A stretch of 63,336 nt of DNA, counting the filler, from Circinaria calcarea (Eukaryota), in assembly GCA_051942165.1 (NCBI GenBank). It is 11 parts of 11 records of this genome, joined end to end, with 100 filler letters (N's around TTAATTAATTAA, not from the genome) between each part and the next. Parts side by side here need not be neighbours in the genome. Positions count along the whole stretch, not along the records: positions 1 to 5,687 come from JAVECS010001822.1; positions 5,788 to 11,466 come from JAVECS010001823.1; positions 11,567 to 17,237 come from JAVECS010001824.1; 8 more parts are not named here. One strand, written 5' to 3'. The position numbers and the translations under genes were made by a program. Below are positions 1 through 12,307 of this stretch, piece by piece. Positions within the stretch are counted from its first letter, which is position 1, and each line of letters opens with the position of its first letter. The notes beneath the pieces were generated by a model. That model was not told the DNA's origin. It made no database searches and saw only the letters and a program-made list of their open reading frames with translations.

Positions 1-644
1 CTTTAGCCCGGGGAGGAGGGGGGGGGTGGTAAATTGGTGAATTTGGGAAGAAATGGAGAATGGGAGAATGGAAGAATGGGAGATATGAAAAAAAACAAAA
101 ACATGGAGGTATGGTATGGTAGGGTAGGGGGACAAAAGGCAGGGAAAGCCCAAAATACGGGGGTTTAATAAAAGACTTGCTTTGGTTTGGGTTTTTCATT
201 TCATTTCATGGAATATAATATTTCTGCTATTCTGCATGTGATGTGTGATGAACTGTAACTAACTGTACCTGTACAGATTAAATTGGGGTTGGGGGAGAAT
301 TCTTGTCTTGTCTTGTCGTTTTACTAGTAGAACCCTGAGAGAGAGGAAAATTAGATTTGTGTTTGAAAAGGGGCCTCCATTTACTGTAGAGGGCGAAGCT
401 CGTGTTGGAGTAGGGATACAAGACATGTGGGGTATTGGAAATAAAAGGGGCATCTTTATGGCCCCCTTTTTCCCTACCTTCACGATAGTCTAACATGGGA
501 ATGAAAATGGTTTTCTAAAAAAGGCTGCTCAGCCAATAGACGACGAGCGAAAAAGCTATACTTTTGGGTATATGTCAAACAATAATTTCCCGGCCCCTCC
601 GTTTCCTATAACGCCCTGCTTGGGTCGTTTCAATACCGCTTGCC

Positions 645-1709
645 TCATCTGCCCATGTTCATTGCCTGTGTCAAGGCCAACCGCTTGCTGAAAGGACTTA
701 GACTTCTCTCCCTTCTAACAGGACGAGCAGCGATAGGAGGGTGTTGGACGGCGATGCCATCTCTGGCTCCACGTCCTCGATCTCTGAAATTACTTCCATA
801 TCTATCATTGTCGTTGGAATAGCGGCTCGAATTATTCCGTACCAGACGAGGGTGCCCGCCGTTCCGATCGTGATTGGACTGTGGAGCGGGCGTCATAGAG
901 TTGCGATTACGTGCCACTCGACTTCGGTCCCTACTGTGACTCCCGGATCGCGGGCGTCTGCTACCCCTGTTGTCACCGTACTCGCGCTCTCTACCACGGA
1001 TGTCCGGGCTGATTGAAGATCTCCGCCGGCGTTGGTTCCGGTAATCGTCTTTGAATCGCGATTTTCTTCTGCGCTGAGTGGAGGAGTCAGAGGAGTATGA
1101 TTCGGCGGAGGAAGAAAAGCTTCTTCGGCGCTTGCGAATGTCGCGTTCACTAGGACCTTGCGTTTGCATGCTGGGTTGAGAAGTGTAGTAGGCGGAAGGA
1201 GAATGGGCTTTCGAGCGCTTTGGCGATGGCGAGCGCGAGAGGTTTGTGGAGATTGTGGAGACTGATGTTGATGAATAAGATGATCGAGACCGTTTACGTG
1301 ATCCGTAATGGGAACTTTCCCGTTCTGCAGCACGCTTTCGCCCGCGTTCTTCTTGCTTCTTGGCTAGTTGCTCATCTGCAATGCCCTTTCTATCGAACGG
1401 AAAATCAGAAAAGAAAGTTCAGGCCCAAGGGAAGAAATCACGGACTTGCGGATGAGGTCGTTGGGTATGTCGCTTGTCAGCTTTGGTACAAGCTTCGGAT
1501 TTGCCAGTTGTTGGGTCCGGGACGGTCTGGTGGCATATGGCCTTTCTTGCGTCGTTGTCTTGCATTCGTAGCTGTAGTGCCGTAAATAAATGTCAGTAAG
1601 ATGTCAGGCAGGTGACAACATTCTACATATCTCGTTTCAGGCATTTTTGACATAGAGTCTGAGGTGAAGCCTTAGAAGGTCCAGAGAAGGCACCTCGTGT
1701 GCGGATCAT
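645..1709 (-). CDS. Zinc-knuckle (zf-CCHC_3 / ZCCHC10-like) protein with Arg/Ser-rich C-terminus; exons 1709-1631, 1581-1446, 1389-645 (319 aa)
   Basis: Spliced product MIRTRGAFSGPSKASPQTLCQKCLKRGHYSYECKTTTQERPYATRPSRTQQLANPKL contains an exact C-x2-C-x4-H-x4-C knuckle and joins in frame to ORF 645..1169 (RS-rich, ends RSLSPFSKRLALTQAMNMGR). Intron 1 (1582-1630) is AT-AC, intron 2 (1390-1445) is GT-AG. Exons total 960 nt, divisible by 3. Confidence 0.85.
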
Positions 1710-2428
1710 TCCTCGATTTGGGTGATTGAAGCTCTGTGGACTGATGGATCTTTCAAGACCATAAAGGGAGGAAAGTACTGTGATTGATTACTACAAGACC
1801 GGACTCAATTGTCATCGGTGCTCAAATAGAAGCCAATAATGCGTCAGATGCTTTTAGGCGTCAATCGATGTGATAAAAGCGTCGTATTTCGTATTTTGAT
1901 TATTCTTAGACCCCCCCCGGGCAGCCTTAGGACGCTAATGGCACTAATGACGTTAGTGGAGGACGGCGCACTCAATCCCGGGCGACGTCCATGGAAGTTT
2001 GAGTTGCTCACTGAGAAAAGCGACTGCCGACAGCAACCTTTCATGGGAGTGAGAGGCCTTACAATCTTCAGGAAGCTGATTTGAGTGTACTCGAGACTCT
2101 GGTCAAGAACAACAAAAGAGCTTGCGTTGTGGAGGTCTGAGATGAACCCGGTGCCACTCTACTCAGCATACAAGACAGATACTACCGGAGCCTGATTCAG
2201 CATTACCGAAAGAAGGCGCTCGATTCGCATGGCGAGCTTCCACAATGTCAGAGGATCGTCTCTCAACACTGCTAGATTCATTTGATATGACTTCTCCTTG
2301 ATTGACTTCTTGCTTTCTACATAGCCAACTTTTACACTCCTTTTATCAGGTCTCTGTGGCCGATTTTACACTTGGTTGAGGTGTCGTGTGTGTTAGTGGG
2401 AGCAAGCCAGAGCGTCTTTGGATTTATC

Positions 2429-5038
2429 ATGGCGTCTCGAAATCCTCATGGAGCTGGGCCCAAGCTATCCTTTGCAAGTGTATGTATTGCACCTCATCGA
2501 GTCTTCCCTGACCGAAAGACTGACAGGTATAGGTCGCGGCAATGGCCCCTTTGGCCGTTCCGAATCAGCTTGCTGCTGTCACTGGAAACAAGAATCCTAA
2601 ATCTATCAAGTCTTCTTCTGGGGCTATCACCAGAGGAGTTTCGACGCATAGTCCATCAGCTTTGCCGCTTGACCGCGAATCACCCATAGCCGTACCCCGT
2701 TTAGACGTCAGAGAGTCGTCTGTTGGCATGATTCCGGAGCAGGAGATTATTGGCGCACTTCGATCAGGACTGAGGCTCGACGACGAGAAAACACACCTCT
2801 CCTACTCGTCCACGAAAGCTGCGAGTCTCGACGGCAAGAGTGTTGCATCAGGCACTACTTTTGCAATGGATGAAAAGGAGTCTCTTCGGCCAGATGACAG
2901 CGCCAGCGTAAAAGCTAGTGAAGAAGACGAGACTTACTCTGGCCCCGCATCCGGCGCTCCAAGCTCACGAGTGGGCTCAGAAGCTGGAGGCAAGGCTTTC
3001 CGAGACCAATTCAACGAGATATCTGAGCGGATAGGCCCTGGCGGTAGTCGAGGTCTACCACCAAGTCGCCGCGTCATTCCCGGCATCGCAGAAGAAGGCC
3101 CTCAAGGGACTGCAACCAATACGCTTCCCATCATCCCGACACCGACGAGTATGCCTCGACAAGAGCTACCGCTGGTTACCGGCACCCCGTTTGCGTATGA
3201 TTACCAACAACCTGATGAGAAACTCATCGAAGCACTGGAAACTCCCAAGGATCGATTATTTCTTCTACAGCTCGAGCAGCAAGTAATTTCATTCATCAAA
3301 GACTCCCAGTACGTCATCTACCCAAATTCTCATACAACCTACTGAAATCTGCTTCTAGGGAGCCCATATTAGATTTACCCCCGTGCAACTCATTTTGCCG
3401 GCTACTAGCACATAGGCTAGGTGACTATTACGCATTGACACATTTCGTCGACAACGCTGTGAGCGCTGTTCGACTTTACAGAACACCATATTGCCGGTTG
3501 TATGAAAGCCCATAATTAATCCGTCCCTTAACGGCTGCTAATTGGCTTGTAGGCCAACGCCTCTAGGTACTTTTTCCAAACCTCTAGGTAATTCGGATGG
3601 TCCTTTGTCTACCCAACCCTCTGTTAAGATTATGCGTCGGGCTGAACTCGGGATTGATGGTCAAAATGGTGGATCGGGAGCTAATACGAATGCAAGCTCA
3701 ATGGCTGCGTCCAAGGCAGGCTCGGAGACAGGAGATGATAGTCAGCGAGGGACTGGAATGGTCTCTCCTACTGATTCGGCGAATGCGAAAGATAAATCTG
3801 CCATGACTCGAGAGGAAAGAGAAGCTAAATATAAAGAAACGCGAGACCGTATCTTTAAAGGGTTTGAAGACACCGAGAGTCCGGAAATCGTGACTGGAAA
3901 CGATACGCCTAACGAAGTCTCTCGCACGAGTTCAACTACGGGGAAAAAGAAAAAAAAGCCTAAACACAACGACGATGGCTTTGAAGCAAGGTCGCAATTT
4001 AACGCCTACTACCCCCCAGTTCCGTATTCTGGGCCTACGTACGACCAGGCAGCTAACCCTTCAACCTTCTTCAGTCCATACATGCCACAACCAAACAATC
4101 AGCCAATGCATACTGCTCTGCCGCAAAGCTACAACCAATCATTTCAACCCGCACAACATTCACAAGCGTATCAGATGCAGACCCATCATGCTTCTATGAC
4201 CAACGGAAATGTTCCATATGCACAACATAGCACTGGACCACCTCTTATGCCATACATTCAGCAGATGCCTGGGCAATACTATCAGTCTTTGCCGCAAAAC
4301 CAGATGGCTGAAGCATCCTCAGCAATATCGTCACCGGCGCTGAGTAATAGTACTCACTTGTCTCGGCCACAGTCACAGATGTCTGATCAAAATTGGTCCC
4401 CAAGTAATTACTCCAGCCAGTATCAAATGTTTGGTGGTCCGCAGCCGGCTTATCAGCAGCAAAATCAATCGATGATGCAGGCGAACACACCCACAACTGG
4501 CATGCCAGTCATGACATATCCGTTTGGACAATTACCTTTCCAACCGGCAATGCAAGGTGGAAGGTCACAGCATCCGTTGCCTGGCAGTTACAATCGGCAA
4601 GTCTTCAACCCTCAAACACAAGCTTTTGTGCCTAGTAATGGTTTCGGTCCTCAACCAGTTGGTTATGTCAACAGATCCGGTTACCTGCAAGGAAATGCGC
4701 CCAGAGCAAACAACCAGGCTGGGAACGGGGTCCCGTTTGGTCAACAGCAAAATACCCATTTTCAAACGCCTCAGACACCCCAACCGGGGCAATTTATTAC
4801 TCCTTACATCAGTCCCCCCTATACCGCTCGGAAGAGTACAGGGCAGACACCACGATCGCAGTCACCTGGTCAAAGTACTTTATCGAAATGGGGTACTCCA
4901 GCAACTCTTCCACCTAAGCCACCTCCTCCAGAAGCACCTAGTGCGTCAAGCATTTCAACTATGCAGAATATGACCAGTGGACAAGGCATGCCAACTTTTC
5001 AGAACGGGACCTATTCAGCACCAGGTAACACTATCTGA
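2429..5038 (+). CDS. R3H + SUZ domain RNA-binding protein (Encore/ARPP21/Rbs1-like) with Gln/Pro-rich tail; 3 introns
   Basis: ATG 2429 (MASRNPHGAGPKLSFAS); intron 2480-2532 joins ORF 2542. The exon near 3359-3499 gives EPILDLPPCNSFCRLLAHRLGDYYALTH (R3H motif RLLAH). Next exon has SUZ-like MTREEREAKYKETRDRIF and a low-complexity Q/P/Y tail. Confidence 0.85.
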
Positions 5039-5687
5039 CGCTTAGATAAAGGTACAGATGTCAAAGGCTCGTTCAGGGAGGGTTTAATGTATGTTAGCAC
5101 CGATCGAGTACCGGGCATCATGGAAAAAGGCGTTGTTCGATACCCCTGATGTCGTTTATGGAGACGGTCGTTAACGTAATGAATGATCTCGAATGCATCT
5201 TGAGTCGTTTCAAAGGCCTTGTCACCGATAATTACCAAATCTTAAATCCATCATGAGGATAGAATCATGAAATGACGGCTCTTCTCTTTTAATAGCATAG
5301 ATTACTCAGTTTCTTTTCCAAATCGCATCCTTGAGTTACCTCGTATAAACCATTCTTAACCATGAGGGAAATCTAGGTCATGCATACCATGGGTTCCTCC
5401 TTTATTGGCATGGAGTGGGTAAACAACAGGAGAACTTCCTTGGTATTTCCCAGACGCCATGATCCAGGGACGAAATGTTCACGCTCCCAAAGATCCCAGG
5501 CTGTACACATCCGAACGGGGATGGCGGTATACCCATAGGGTCTTTTAGCTAGACCCGCCAGAGACGGCATCGGTGGCCGAAGGCTTGATGTTGTCACAAT
5601 CGATGCAACGATGAGGAAGCATCTCCAATTACTAATTCCTGAAACCTCATGCCCTCCTCTCCCCCTCCTTCCACTCCCTCGCCCTCC

Positions 5688-5787
5688 NNNNNNNNNNNNN
5701 NNNNNNNNNNNNNNNNNNNNNNNNNNNNNNNTTAATTAATTAANNNNNNNNNNNNNNNNNNNNNNNNNNNNNNNNNNNNNNNNNNNN
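5688..5787. other. Artificial contig linker (44N-TTAATTAATTAA-44N)
   Basis: Identical 100-bp spacer with stop codons in all six frames. Confidence 0.98.
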
Positions 5788-6184
5788 TTTAGAAAACGAA
5801 AGAAGGGCTTGCACTGATAGCTGGGTGGATGGGGACCCGGGGGGGGAAGGCCAATGAGAGAGAGGATGGAGAGGAGAGGGATATCGTTTCCTCGGTATCA
5901 AGCAGGTTTAACCTTGAAAGAACGGAAGCTGCTGATGTAAGACAGAACGCCAAGATGCTAGCATTGAAAGCTGTGGATACCGAAGTTGGTATTTTCACTT
6001 TCAGATTCGGCATGGCGGTCCTTGACCTTTTGGAGATTGATGGCCGCGGATTCATAGACCAGCCGTGTGATGTGAATATTTCCTTCGTTGGGAATGGGAG
6101 GTATCAACGATGGGGATAATTCGTATATGATAGAATTAGGAATAAGGGTGTCTGTGGTATAGCGGCACTTTTGGTATAATACAC

Positions 6185-7343
6185 CTAACATCTCCCGTAT
6201 ACATCGCAATAACACTGATGCATAGGCGGGCAGCTGTGCCAAATTATCAGTTTGTCCTATTTGTCCAAAAGATCGCAAACGGTACTTACTACACCGCACT
6301 TTGACCATATATTATATGCCACATGTACTCGAAAATCCGCCCGCTAACATAATCCGTCGCGTTCGTCTGCATCAACCAATCCAGATATCGCTGGTAGTCC
6401 GCCCTGGGCCGGGCAAGGACCTGCTTTCGAGATACGGCAAACTGCGAGCAACATGCCACACCCACTATGTGCGGGACTGGGAGATCCGGGCCCATCATGG
6501 CGTTCCACGCTTCTCCGTACAATTGTTCGGGATCACCGTCCGGCTTAGGTGGATCCCTGAAGGGTTGAACCTCATCGGGACAGCCAATGGCGGGATTGCA
6601 TCGTAGGTTAACATAGCCATGCTCTCGAACAGTATCAAGACGCAAACTGTTGATCGAAGCGACGTTGTCGTGGTTCGCGGCATCGGTATGCCATGCTTGT
6701 GGATAGCCATCCCGGTGACTGTGAAGGAAGACGATGATATCGGGAAGATCATCGTAATTTTCAATAACGTAGGTAAGGTATACGTTGGCTTCTCGGCCCT
6801 TATTCCGTGAGGTGTGATTAGTGGCGCTGGTGTTATCAACAGTGTAGATTGCTCTTTGCCATCTACATACCATCAGTCCTTACCAGGCCGAATCCGGTCA
6901 TTTGGGGTTTACTCAGGCAGGTTGTTCTCTACCCATGAAGTGTCTTCAGCTTCTAACCTGGCCATGACAACAACCTTGCTAGGAGGTGTTGGACTTGGCT
7001 GCACAGAGCTTGTCTCTGTTGACATTGGACCTACGCTTTGTACCGGGGCTATCGACGTTGTAATGGTGACTCTGGCGAAAGTAGACGCTTCATTTCGGGA
7101 TTCAGGGACTCTGACTGATGTGGGAACTGTTAGCGGTTTGTTGAACAAGTAACCCGACAATGGTAAGGACATTGACGGGGAGGGAGCCTTTGATTTCTCT
7201 GCAGCTGACTGAGGCATACCTCCATGAGGGGATCGTGACCATGAATATGATGTCCACAACTTGTCGATATCATAGTACCTTGTGTACACCCAGCCTGCAA
7301 TGAAAAGAGAGAAAGCAATGAAATAACGAAAAGAAAACCTCAT
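6185..7343 (-). CDS. DUF3431 family protein with N-terminal membrane anchor; 2 introns
   Basis: KGREANVYLTYVIENYDDLPDIIVFLHSHRDGYPQAWHTD, GYVNLRC, ACCSQFAVSR and SGRIFEYMWHIIYG motifs. Last exon CPPMHQCYCDVYGRC* ends at 6185. Start could be 7343 or 7397. Confidence 0.85.
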
Positions 7344-9118
7344 GACATTCTGGTCATCCAAAAAGAACTTACGAGAATACATAAAGAAAGACAACATGCC
7401 AGTTCTACCTCAGAAAACATCTAGCACATTAATGAGATAACATTCCGCTTCTAACTCTTTAAAGGAAGGCAACATTCCAGTCTTACCTCACCAGGAGTAG
7501 ATGGAAACCAAACCACAGTCGAATAGAGAATACATAAGAATGGGATCAGTCCTGTTACTCAATGTCGCACAAAACATCAAAGTAAGGGACTAAAACCCTT
7601 TACCTAGTAACTAGTTAACCACGTTTTATAGCAGGATCGGCGCGGAGCCTTCGTTCCCTAAACAAATGACATACTTTCATGCCATGGGTAAGTTGAGGCG
7701 GATCAATAACAGCATCAATAGCGAAATCGTGAATCAGTTTTCAGTCGCCGCACCAATCTGGTGGGATGTATAACAAATCGAATAGTTTGATCCTTGCCCC
7801 CTTGATTGGCTTTGCCTTGGCCGCTACCTCATCACCAGCCAAAGCCCAGACCCTTGCTCTAGAGTAAGCGAAGAAAGCATCCACAGTAGTTTCTCTCATC
7901 TGATGCAGTATACCAAGTACTCCGTACCTGTTGTTGCTTTGATTAGTGAGGGGTAGCGACTGGTGGTGCTTCGTCTGCTTTTTAGCTGGAGTATGAAAAC
8001 TGTATTGTAAGAAAGGAGTGTCTTTGTAGTTCGTAGGGGATAGCGACGGCTTGCCAATTTGAAAGGTATACAAGAAAGCTATCATGAAATGCGATATTAC
8101 GAAGGCTTTGATATACTAATGATATAGCAATGTGAGTAGGCAGCAATCAAAGAGTAAGACCGACAAGCTGCAACATGATTTCTACGTGGCTAAAGAATTT
8201 ATGACGTAGATTAAGGAAACGGAATTAAGGATAAAATTAACACAAACTTTACCGTCGCTAGGTGATAATGGAGTCTCGTAGGTAACAAATTGGGTTCTGT
8301 TGTGAAATGGAAATAATATCGGTAGCAGCGCATATATCAATGCACTTACTTAAATAATTATAACATGTTCCTTCCTTTGCCCACCTCTCGGAACCTGAAA
8401 CAAATAATGAGAGCTTGCCGCTGAGAAGAAGCCTCTCACAGACCTAACCTGCCTTGATATCCAAGAGACATATGTTGTGTGACCCAGTACTGCATGAGTA
8501 TATTCCATAATCGATGGCATGGATTCTCGCTTTTGAACGGTTTCAATGGCGTCGTGTTTCTCACTGTTAGAAGCAGAGAGGATTAAAGCCATAAAGTAAT
8601 AGACTTTGAAGTAATGACGGATTTCAAGAAATAACATCAGCACATAATAAGGAAGAGGAAAACGAAAAGCGGCAGCGAATCTGGCACAATGTTTGGAAGC
8701 TAGAATTAGCTACCAAACAGCATCAAGGTAACCATCTGCCCGCCAAATCCTGGCGTCATAAAAACGTGCAGCAGGTGAGCGAATGTTCTCAGGCATTGAC
8801 AGTACAGTCTTCGCGCAAGGTATCTATTGAATAAGTTACCAGAGCTTTTAGTCTCATCTACCTGGTGTTGTAGGCAGGATAATCAAGTCTTCCGTCCCTA
8901 GGATCACCCCTTCCCCCAACCTTCTTTGATGCTGCTGATAAGGGTGGTTCATCACAAGGAATCCCAAGCCTTTCCCAAGGCCGCGGTAAATCAAATTAGC
9001 TTGATCGCCTTATCCAATACACACATGACAACGCATAGCCCAGGTCAATCAAATAGATTCCATGATGTTATTGCGTATAATATAAGTGTTTCACTGTAAA
9101 TCAAAGAAGCTCTCGATT

Positions 9119-10018
9119 CTAATTCGCCGGGACCTCATGAATACGATCTTTGTACTCGTTTGGTGCCTCTTGAATAGCATTGCTGTAGTTCTTGCCGTAG
9201 GTATTGTGATATCCAGAAGCCCCATCCGTGAATCTAGATTGATGGAGCTGCGAAAGAGCAGCTTTCTCCGCCTGAGTTGCTCTCTGAAGCCGTTTTCGCA
9301 TACTGTAGATGGCGATTAGTGCGCCAATCAAAGCTAGGCCCAAAGGAACACCTATTCCTACTCCTACGGCAACGGTTGGTGTATTATTTCTTGGTTGAGA
9401 GGATGAGGTAGCCGTGATAGTAATTAACGAGGTCACCGTGCTGGTTGCTCCTGTGGAGAGGGTGCCAGTGGCAGAGGCGGTAATTGTTGTGGTCGAACTG
9501 TTTCGGTAGTCTGCCAGTAATCCCAGTTGTAGCTGGAATGTGTTTGACTGGTCGTCGCAGGATGTTTGATCGAGTCCACAGTAGAATCGTTTCGAGCCAC
9601 CAGGGCACTGTTTGATATCTTGCCAACCACCGTCTGAGAGGAGTTAGCCTCGGTGCGTACTGAGCTTGGAGTAGAGTCTAGATACCTTGCCCACAGATAT
9701 TGGTTGCACACTCGGAAGACTGCCATGAAGCATCTGTACAGCTCTAAGGAGCCCTATTAGTGACTGAGCGTAGGTCTTTATTCGAATACTTACCCCCCGA
9801 TGCAAGGCATTTATATTAGCAACGTAACACAGCTTGTTCGACAAACATGTATCCGTAACACCACAGCATGTACTCTCGGAGGAATTTGGATCGCATGGCG
9901 TGTCTCCAGGTACTACCTCCCTATTAGGATAATAGCATAGCTTTGCAGCGAATGCCGGCGAAGCTAATAGAATGAAGGCTAGAAAAGAAACACTGGAGAG
10001 TTGAATATATAACTCCAT
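9119..10018 (-). CDS. Type I membrane protein: signal peptide, Cys-rich extracellular domain, Ser/Thr stalk, single TM helix (Mid2/sensor-like layout); 2 introns
   Basis: MELYIQLSSVSFLAFILLASPAFA signal; CYYPN..DTPC..STCC..CLSNKLC..RG|SCTDASWQSSEC; T-rich stalk; TM VAVGVGIGVPLGLALIGALIAIY followed by RKR. Confidence 0.75.
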
Positions 10019-11466
10019 CTAATCAAGCTGTGACGATGGTGCAATAGGGTTCGATATAGAGGATGCTCGAGTTGTTACAGCTGATGTCGAAAGCGGAGAA
10101 ATAAAGGGAAGGTAACGAAGAGAGAGAGACGACGCTTAGAAAACAGAGAAAGCTCGAAAGGGCGGCTGGGTCACGTACCATGCAACTCGAGATTGTAATA
10201 GCATCGCAGGAGACAACATAATTAGATGCGCAGGAGCAAAGTAATTGGAGGCCTACGCTCAGGCGGTGACTTGCTGTGCCCCATGCTTGCATCCCAACTC
10301 ATTTCCATTTGTACCTATTTTGGTGGCGTTTGGCCCAATTTGCGGTAAGTTCGACCTCTTCTATTTTGGCGCTTTTTGGGGGGGGCCTCGATTGGTATTT
10401 CCTTTAATCGTTCATTCTAGACCATGGACGCGGGGGATGAGTTGCTATCAGACTTGTGCTGAATTTCCCAGAAAAGTAATTAATAGAGCAACTCCGATCT
10501 CAACAGCGCGTATGGGTCCTGGAATGGTAGACTGCATAACAGTCTTGGCGTACCTTATGGCGTAAGGCGGCCAATAAGCTCCAGCACATACGCGCGACCA
10601 GTCGCTTCCGGAAACAACCCCCCTACCTTAGATAACTCCTGAAAATGCAGGGGTCCGGAGTAGCTTTACATCTTCGAAACCGGTTAAGTGCACTCTATAC
10701 GCCGTACGGGGAGATGTACTGGAGTTCCGGGGAAGAAACGGAGAAATGGCCTCTTTGGGTTTACTCCGTATGCAGACTCCAAAGTGTGAGGGAACGATCA
10801 ATGAAATTAAAGGCTACTTGTGGACTAACTGCTTGCGTGTATTGTACGGGTGGTGGAGGAGAGGTGAATACTGAATGCTAGGACGGTGTTTACGGTTGAG
10901 AGAGAAATGGACAGCGGGGTTTGTAAAGTAGGCATCAAGTATGACATGTGTCTTGTATATATACTGCGTAATACTATCTAAACGTTTCATTCGTCACCAT
11001 GGCGTGGCGAGGCCAAATACCATGCAATCTTTGCGCCTTCCGTTCTATATATTAGACTGGTGGATGTTATGGAGTAGTCGGTACGTCTTGCTAATAGGAA
11101 GGTCGGAATGATCGGGCGGTAAGTAAAAGTAGACCCCTATTCCCTTAAAGCCATGCATTTTCAACTTCTGTTTCCTCGTTCCGAGAGCCATCATCATGCT
11201 CCCGCAGCTGATGAATCATCCTTACGTAGCACATCGCGTTTTTTGACTCTGGATGCTATCCCTCGGCTCCCTTTTAGTCTGGAAATTGGTCGTGGTAATC
11301 AGTTTCTCCAGCCAGCAACTTGTCGATGTTCAGCTTCGTGCTCCACCTGATATTCAACGTCTTCCCTTCTTTGAGCTCAGGAACGCCAGGGTTGATGTCA
11401 CTTCCCTTGCCTGCCCCTCCTGCAAACCGATGGGCCTGGAAGTATGTTGGATTGGCGCTGACGCAC

Positions 11467-11566
11467 NNNNNNNNNNNNNNNNNNNNNNNNNNNNNNNNNN
11501 NNNNNNNNNNTTAATTAATTAANNNNNNNNNNNNNNNNNNNNNNNNNNNNNNNNNNNNNNNNNNNN
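11467..11566. other. Artificial contig linker
   Basis: 44N-TTAATTAATTAA-44N. Confidence 0.98.
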
Positions 11567-11621
11567 GTACCACACTCATTATGTACCCGAACACCACGTC
11601 AATGCTCGTCTTGTTAGAAGA

Positions 11622-12307
11622 GTGGCTATCTCTAGCCTAGTCTGTGCTGCCAATCTGTCCTGGCATTATGTCTGCAGACTTCTGTCTCCCTTTCGAAGCA
11701 TCACACATATATATATACGAATACGTCCCATGTTTGTACTATCGGGCAACCAGTATCGGATCAACCGCAAGGAGTCCCGAAATATCGATGTCAATATGCG
11801 TGTGAAAAGGTTGATAGCATGTCCAAAACCCGAATCGATTCTCGAAGCCGAAAGTCAGCTCAACGGCACTCCGTATCGTCCGGCTTCCGAGTTCCAGTAT
11901 TCAGATATGCCAGGTCCGCGGAAATGGATGGACGCGTTACAGAATCGGTCTTTAGATAGAGAGCAAGGAGTCGACGGCGAGAACTTTATTCCCTGGAGCG
12001 AGGATGAATGGGGACCTATATCCGTGGAGCGATGGTTTATACAGCCAAAGCCAGATAAGTTTTACGATTGGATATTGATCTGCCGGGGAATCTGATCGTA
12101 CTGACCGCTCTAACTTCAAAGTCCGAGCAGTTGCTCCATCGGTTTGGCTGTGGCCTAAGGGCGCTAGTGTTGTGTACGGGTGTCGAGGAGGTTCTGCAAA
12201 AAACCGCATGCTTACGAACGCTTGGTTGGATGGATCAAGCAAGTGCATTGATTCAACTGGCAGGAAGATTGAGGAAGTGCACAGAACAATGGGTGGCAAA
12301 TTGCTAA
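11622..12307 (+). pseudogene. Possible gene fragment or pseudogene of unknown family (two overlapping ORFs in different frames)
   Basis: ORFs 11622..12095 and 12068..12307 overlap and look protein-like, but no motif was recognised. Located at a contig start. Confidence 0.25.

Noticed and set aside
1582..1630. U12 (minor spliceosome) intron
   Set aside because: Lacks the ATATCCTT donor and TCCTTAAC branch site; the signals are U2-type.
5732..5743. TTAATTAATTAA repeated at ~5.77-kb periodicity
   Set aside because: Synthetic six-frame-stop linker inside N runs; the periodicity reflects size-sorted contigs.
7400..8900. Hydrophobic ORF fragments and short imperfect direct repeats
   Set aside because: No coherent frame; possibly a decayed relic but unsupported.
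11277..11466. Open minus frame from the gap (CVSANPTYFQAHRF...DQFPD*)
   Set aside because: Could be the 3' end of a truncated gene, but it is only about 63 codons with no motif.
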